Origin: an uncultured delta proteobacterium
Lineage (GTDB): Bacteria; Desulfobacterota; Binatia; UBA9968
Assembly: GCA_963745835.1 (NCBI GenBank)
Contig: CAVUZH010000003.1
Location: 1,376,001-1,440,000, forward strand
DNA: 64,000 nucleotides
Reading direction: 5' to 3'
Notes under the pieces: model-generated
Seen by the model: the letters and a program-made list of their open reading frames with translations, nothing else
What the model was told of the DNA's origin: nothing
The model's database searches: none
Translations under genes and position numbers: made by a program
In this document: positions 59,711 to 64,000 of the stretch, piece after piece
Position numbering within the stretch: the first letter of the stretch is position 1
Layout of the letters: each line of letters begins with the position of its first letter

Positions 59711-60878
59711 TCACGAAATCCGTTCCCATATCCGGTAGCGCCCGTCGCCCGGCCAGAACATCGTGGCATCTTTGAGAGCGACTTCGCGCGCGAGACTAGT
59801 TCCGTCATCAAAATTGAGGTGCAGCGTATTGCCTGACGCCGACCAAGTGCCATTTTCGGGTCCAGAGGTACTGGGCCCGAAACTGCTCATCGATTTGCTC
59901 CACCACTCGAACCGACCGCCGGGATCTAAAACGCAGTGGGTGTCGATCGTCATGCTGAATCCGCCTGATGACCGCGGTTCGGTATGACGCCAGTGGCCGA
60001 AGAGCCGCATGTTCTTTTCCCCGGCCGGCGCTGTCGATGGCATAGGTCCCGGGGCTTGCGCTCGATGGTGGCGGAACATAAGCGGAGTCCTGTGATGCGG
60101 CCGGCGCGAAAACCGTTTCGATCCCTTCCCTGCGGCATCGCTCGATCAAACCGGCGAGCTGACGAAAAGTATTCTTGGCACTTTCATCCGGCGCCCGCTG
60201 GTCGATAACGAATTTAAAATACTTCTCAGCAACCGGGTTGAATAATACTTTCTTATTCTGCGACAGACGGTCACGCACGCCGGCGCTATCTGTCGCTTCC
60301 ATGACGTTCCAAACCGCCCGGTCAATCATTTGCAAAGAGACTTGATCTGTCTCGCCGCCTCCATGATCAGACTTGAAAACCATCTCCGCGCAGCGACGGC
60401 ACACGCGCACCGGCGTCTCATAGAATTGGCTGGAATGCCAGGAACCCCAATCGTGGACTATGCGTCTTTCGTGTCCGGGCTCACCGCAGCGCGAGCAGGT
60501 CACGAGTTGCGCGCAATTATCTGCCGCCTCGTAACTCCAGGATTGGTAAACGTGAGCGTTGCCGGCCGGCGTTGTCTCCTTGCAGCGCGAGCACGGGCGA
60601 ACCAGCTCGCACGAGTGCTCCGATGCATAGATAGGTGAAGCCCAAACATGCTCGACCTTGGTTTCGGTTTCTGCGCAGCGGCCGCATCGTCGAGCCATGC
60701 GGCAGGAATCCGGGGTTTCATAGTCCCAGGTTTGCCAGGGATGAACTAGCTGCTGGCTTGCAACTTGGCAGCGCGAGCAGATACGCGTCTGTTGGCATGA
60801 TCGATCCTGTAGATAGCGCCAGTCGCCACTGTGAAATCCGAGGGCGCACTTTCCTTTATCGAACAGATCTTTGAGCAT
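59711..60878 (-). CDS. Cys/His repeat protein (five units) with a C-terminal lipocalin-like beta-barrel; frameshift at ~60050
   Basis: MLKDLFDKGKCALGFH repeats in ORF 59808..60878; LFGHW...GGRF...ENGTWSASGNTLHL in ORF 59711..60079. Confidence 0.65.
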
Positions 60879-61064
60879 ACCAGGAAAATCTCGACGGGAG
60901 TCTCCGCCCGTTGCGGCAAAATGTCACAATATCGCAGCGGCTTACATCGGTCTGCGATCTCCAGTGCTGCAGCGGACTCTGGGAATTGCCAACCCTGGGC
61001 GAAGCACCTCAGTGGGCATGAAAACAGTACACTTCTATGCCCTCGTTCGTAACACCACCTGCGG

Positions 61065-61838
61065 TCATCCCTTTGGCACCAATGCGCTGCGAATCTCTCG
61101 CAGCTTCGCCTTTATTTTAACGGCATTCTCGTGGCCTATCCGCACGAGAATCTTTTGGCCCGCCGAGAGTTCCTCTAGTTTCGGATCAGCGAACTCGTAC
61201 AGCACTTTGGGTTGAATCAGCAACACCGGCGCTTGAACTTCCGGCGTGTTCAATAGATGGTCGATCACTTGCACCACGCGATCATTGAAGTATCTGCCTG
61301 GATAACCCAGTTGCTCGTAGTCTTGTTGTAGCAACGGATAAACCTGCACATAGGCGGCTACTAGCGCTCCGGTGGGCACCGCCTCAGCCAACCGCACATA
61401 GGCGTCATAGCGCGCGGCATTCGCCGCACCGAGGGTCAGGCTGCTGCCCTGGCCTACCGTAATGACAGGCCCCGTCACCGGTTTTACCGGCAGCAATTGG
61501 ATCGGCAGGTTCTCGCGCGGCAAATTGTCCAAAGTGGCGACGGCGCGGCGGATGATGTTCTGAAGATTGAAAAGCTTTTCCGGTTTACGGCCGAAAAGCT
61601 GTGCCAGCATATCCTGCATCAGGCTGTCGCTTTCATCCAGCGACGGCAGCGGTTTCGCCGGCGCAGGCGGCTCGTCCGCTAAACTGGCTTCGTCGATCGG
61701 ATAGCGTATCAGCGGCTCCGCTGGCGACTCGAGCGGTGCGGCAACCTGCGGCTTGGACTTTTCCCCGTTGCTCCAGAAGTACAAGGCAGCGGCGCCGGCG
61801 ATCAGAATCAAGACTAAAATCGTTTTTTTACCAGTCAT
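61065..61838 (-). CDS. DUF3014 domain protein
   Basis: N-terminal TM, LPSLDESD, ARYDAYV, YPLLQQDYEQLGYP, YEFADPKLEELSAGQKILVRIG. Confidence 0.88.
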   Translation of the reverse strand: MTGKKTILVLILIAGAAALYFWSNGEKSKPQVAAPLESPAEPLIRYPIDEASLADEPPAPAKPLPSLDESDSLMQDMLAQLFGRKPEKLFNLQNIIRRAVATLDNLPRENLPIQLLPVKPVTGPVITVGQGSSLTLGAANAARYDAYVRLAEAVPTGALVAAYVQVYPLLQQDYEQLGYPGRYFNDRVVQVIDHLLNTPEVQAPVLLIQPKVLYEFADPKLEELSAGQKILVRIGHENAVKIKAKLREIRSALVPKG

Positions 61839-62239
61839 AACTCCTCCTAAATTCTGAGATCGTGATTCAAACCTGACAGCGCCAAAGCTAGGTTGCTATA
61901 ACAAACCAATACAAAGTATCCATAAAAAACCGCAGAAACTGAAAACGACCGGCGCACGATTGAGTGTCGTGGCGATCACCTTGAGTTTGAAGTTTAGAGT
62001 TGTTTGCCCGGAAAACTATCAAAGCAGAAAGACTGTTGCGGTGTTTGCCGATGGACATTCATCTCTGTTCCGGTAGCCCCTAGAGTCGACAAGTACTTTA
62101 GTAGAATTGTTACAACAGTGTATGGAAAAATTCCGCTGCGACATTTGACTTTCCCCCACCAAATACGTCCCAAGAAACTGTGATCATGTCGGCAGAAAAT
62201 TAGCGGCGCGAATATTTCGTGCCAGGGGATTACCGGGAG

Positions 62240-63048
62240 AAATGGGGTCAGAGAGCGTTTTCAATCGGCGTCACCGTCCCTTTCCTAGGTCGACCCCGGG
62301 CTTTGCCCACTAAACGCCGTCCAATCATTGCTTCGACCTGTTTCTGAAACGTTTCTTTCCCGATCAAGCGACCGCGTTTAGTGGCCTGTCGGATTTCATC
62401 CCATTCTTTTTGATTGATTTGTGAGTCGATCCACTGTCGATATTCTTGTTGTCTCTCTTGTTCAGTCGTTCCTAAACCTGTGTACCACGGATCCTCATCC
62501 AGTAAACGATCCGACATGCCCAATCCTCGGCGCTGGTAGCTACTCCAACGATAATCCTTCGGATGCTCTACTAACCCTGCTCTCATAGGATTTAGCTCGA
62601 TATACCGGCTGCACGCTATCAAGTATTCATCTCGACTTACCGCGGCACTTTTAAATCTTCCCTCCCACAATGTGCCCGATCGGTCGTAGGTCTCATTGAT
62701 GTATCGAACATATCTTCGTCCCACACTTTGCATGAACCGACTCAGATCTCCGACCTCAGCCGGTTCCACCAAGAGATGGAAATGATTGGTCATCAACACG
62801 TACGCGTATATCCTGCATCGGCATTTTATTTTGGCCTGGCGAAGACATTCCAAAAAGAACCGGTAATCATCGACGGCAAAGAAAGTAGCAGCGCGATTAT
62901 TTCCGCGCTGAATAATGTGATGAGGATAAGCAGGAATTGTGATTCGCGGCGATCGTGCCATTCGCTATCTTGTGCCAGCAGTTATCGTCAGGCAGCCTAT
63001 CGCCGGATTAGTACATCCGTCAAGGAAAAAAGTTCTCTGACCCCATTT
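62240..63048. mobile_element. RAYT unit bounded by 15-bp inverted repeats
   Basis: AAATGGGGTCAGAGA at 62240-62254 and TCTCTGACCCCATTT at 63034-63048. Confidence 0.75.
62248..62961 (-). CDS. REP-associated tyrosine transposase (Y1 HUH, RAYT)
   Basis: HHIIQRGNNR, YVLMTNHFHLL (HUH), LWEGRFKS, YIELNP (catalytic Tyr), YRWSSY. Confidence 0.92.
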   Translation of the reverse strand: MARSPRITIPAYPHHIIQRGNNRAATFFAVDDYRFFLECLRQAKIKCRCRIYAYVLMTNHFHLLVEPAEVGDLSRFMQSVGRRYVRYINETYDRSGTLWEGRFKSAAVSRDEYLIACSRYIELNPMRAGLVEHPKDYRWSSYQRRGLGMSDRLLDEDPWYTGLGTTEQERQQEYRQWIDSQINQKEWDEIRQATKRGRLIGKETFQKQVEAMIGRRLVGKARGRPRKGTVTPIENAL

Positions 63049-63058
63049 TCTGTTTGCT

Positions 63059-63979
63059 TTACCTGTAGCCGGTGGCATCCGCTGGTTTGCCGGCATCCTG
63101 GACCTCAACAACATAGCGCCAAGCATCGGGCTGCGAACCGTCGAGATCGGTAAAGCCATAGACCTTGGCGAGCTGGCCACTCGAAAGCGATTGGCCGCTC
63201 CAACGCTCAACGTCCCGATCTGCAGCAAGGTGGGCGACCGCGCGGCCGACGTAACGCGGCGTTTCGGTGATGACGAAATGCGGTTGCTTGGCGATGGCAT
63301 CACGCCAATTTGCCTCGCTGACACCGTAGTTGTCCAGCATCTGCTCGGAACGAAGCCAGCCGGGAGTCAGGGCAACTGCGGTGCAATGATACGGCCGAAG
63401 CTCTTTCGCCAGCGACGAGGCAATGCGCATGACAGAGGTCTTGGTGAGATCGTAGAAAAGCGACAACCGGTAATTCGCGTTGTTGTATTCGGCGGTGCCG
63501 TCGGTCATCTCGACCACCAGTCCGCCCGGATTCTTGATCAACAGAGGCAGCGCAAAGTGGCTGGTGATGATATGCGTATCGATAGCGAGCCGTAGCATGC
63601 GCAGGCCGTTTTTCAACGAGTGTTTCCACACCGGCACATTCCACTCGATCAAAAAGTCCGCTCCCCACACGTCGTTGACCAGAATATCCAGGCGGCCTTG
63701 CTCACGCTCGATTCGCGCCACGAGCGCTTGCACTTGAGCCGGGTCCAAGTGATCGACTTGCACGGCGATGCCATGGCCCCCGGCGTGCTGCACCAGCTCG
63801 GCGGTCTCTTCAATAGTTTCGGTTCGGTTAAGCTCCGAAGCTTGCGTGCGCGTGCTTCGCCCGGTGCAGTACACGGTGGCTCCCGCTACGCCCAATTCGA
63901 CAGCGATGCCGCGGCCGGCGCCGCGCGTTGCCCCTGCCACCAACGCCACTTTACCTTGGAGTACTTGACTCATCATCAA
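63059..63979 (-). CDS. SDR family oxidoreductase
   Basis: AGATRGAGRG glycine-rich loop, LDILVND, YDLTK (YxxxK), TPGWLRSE. Confidence 0.92.
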   Translation of the reverse strand: MMMSQVLQGKVALVAGATRGAGRGIAVELGVAGATVYCTGRSTRTQASELNRTETIEETAELVQHAGGHGIAVQVDHLDPAQVQALVARIEREQGRLDILVNDVWGADFLIEWNVPVWKHSLKNGLRMLRLAIDTHIITSHFALPLLIKNPGGLVVEMTDGTAEYNNANYRLSLFYDLTKTSVMRIASSLAKELRPYHCTAVALTPGWLRSEQMLDNYGVSEANWRDAIAKQPHFVITETPRYVGRAVAHLAADRDVERWSGQSLSSGQLAKVYGFTDLDGSQPDAWRYVVEVQDAGKPADATGYR

Positions 63980-64000
63980 CTCTCTTTGAATCGTTTACAC

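Noticed and set aside
59692-59853. N-terminal extension of ORF 59098..59853
   Set aside because: Overlaps the upstream gene tail; similarity to the paralogous N-terminus places the start at 59691.
62207-62224. TGGCACG sigma54-like box on the minus strand
   Set aside because: The GC is 12 nt from the GG, not 10.

Overview
Bacterial accessory region with no rRNA, tRNA or CRISPR that I could recognise. The gene content (many Bug/TctC and ABC_sub_bind binding proteins, an amidohydrolase, an Ltp2/DUF35 pair) resembles soil Deltaproteobacteria-like lineages such as Ca. Binatota, but that is inference only. Left to right: (1) a large surface protein (Kelch propeller, IPT/TIG domain, six identical 231-bp repeats, PxKF tail) under a sigma54 promoter, a c-di-GMP-II-like riboswitch and a terminator; (2) a cluster of tripartite tricarboxylate transporter binding proteins with a lone tctB; (3) small Zn-ribbon genes, a histidine kinase, catabolic genes, SRAP and three tad pseudopilin genes; (4) the main finding, a ~24-kb head-to-tail array (29.5-53.4 kb) of 21 ABC_sub_bind paralogues with no permease or ATPase. 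The conserved 3' end ([14 protein letters not shown]) also occurs as free-standing stubs, which close a ~91-bp gene-less unit and bracket unrelated cargo (an inverted hicBA module and an S1/P1 nuclease). Junctions carry 7-bp-periodic tracts, some with a 24-bp in-frame insert. It looks like an integron-like cassette array whose joint lies in the coding 3' end; no recombinase or canonical attC was seen; (5) a candidate conflict/defence pair sharing N-terminal Cys/His repeats, one apparently ending in tandem NDT-like domains, plus a RAYT flanked by inverted repeats. Many single-base frameshifts, several in homopolymers, may be long-read errors rather than real pseudogenes.
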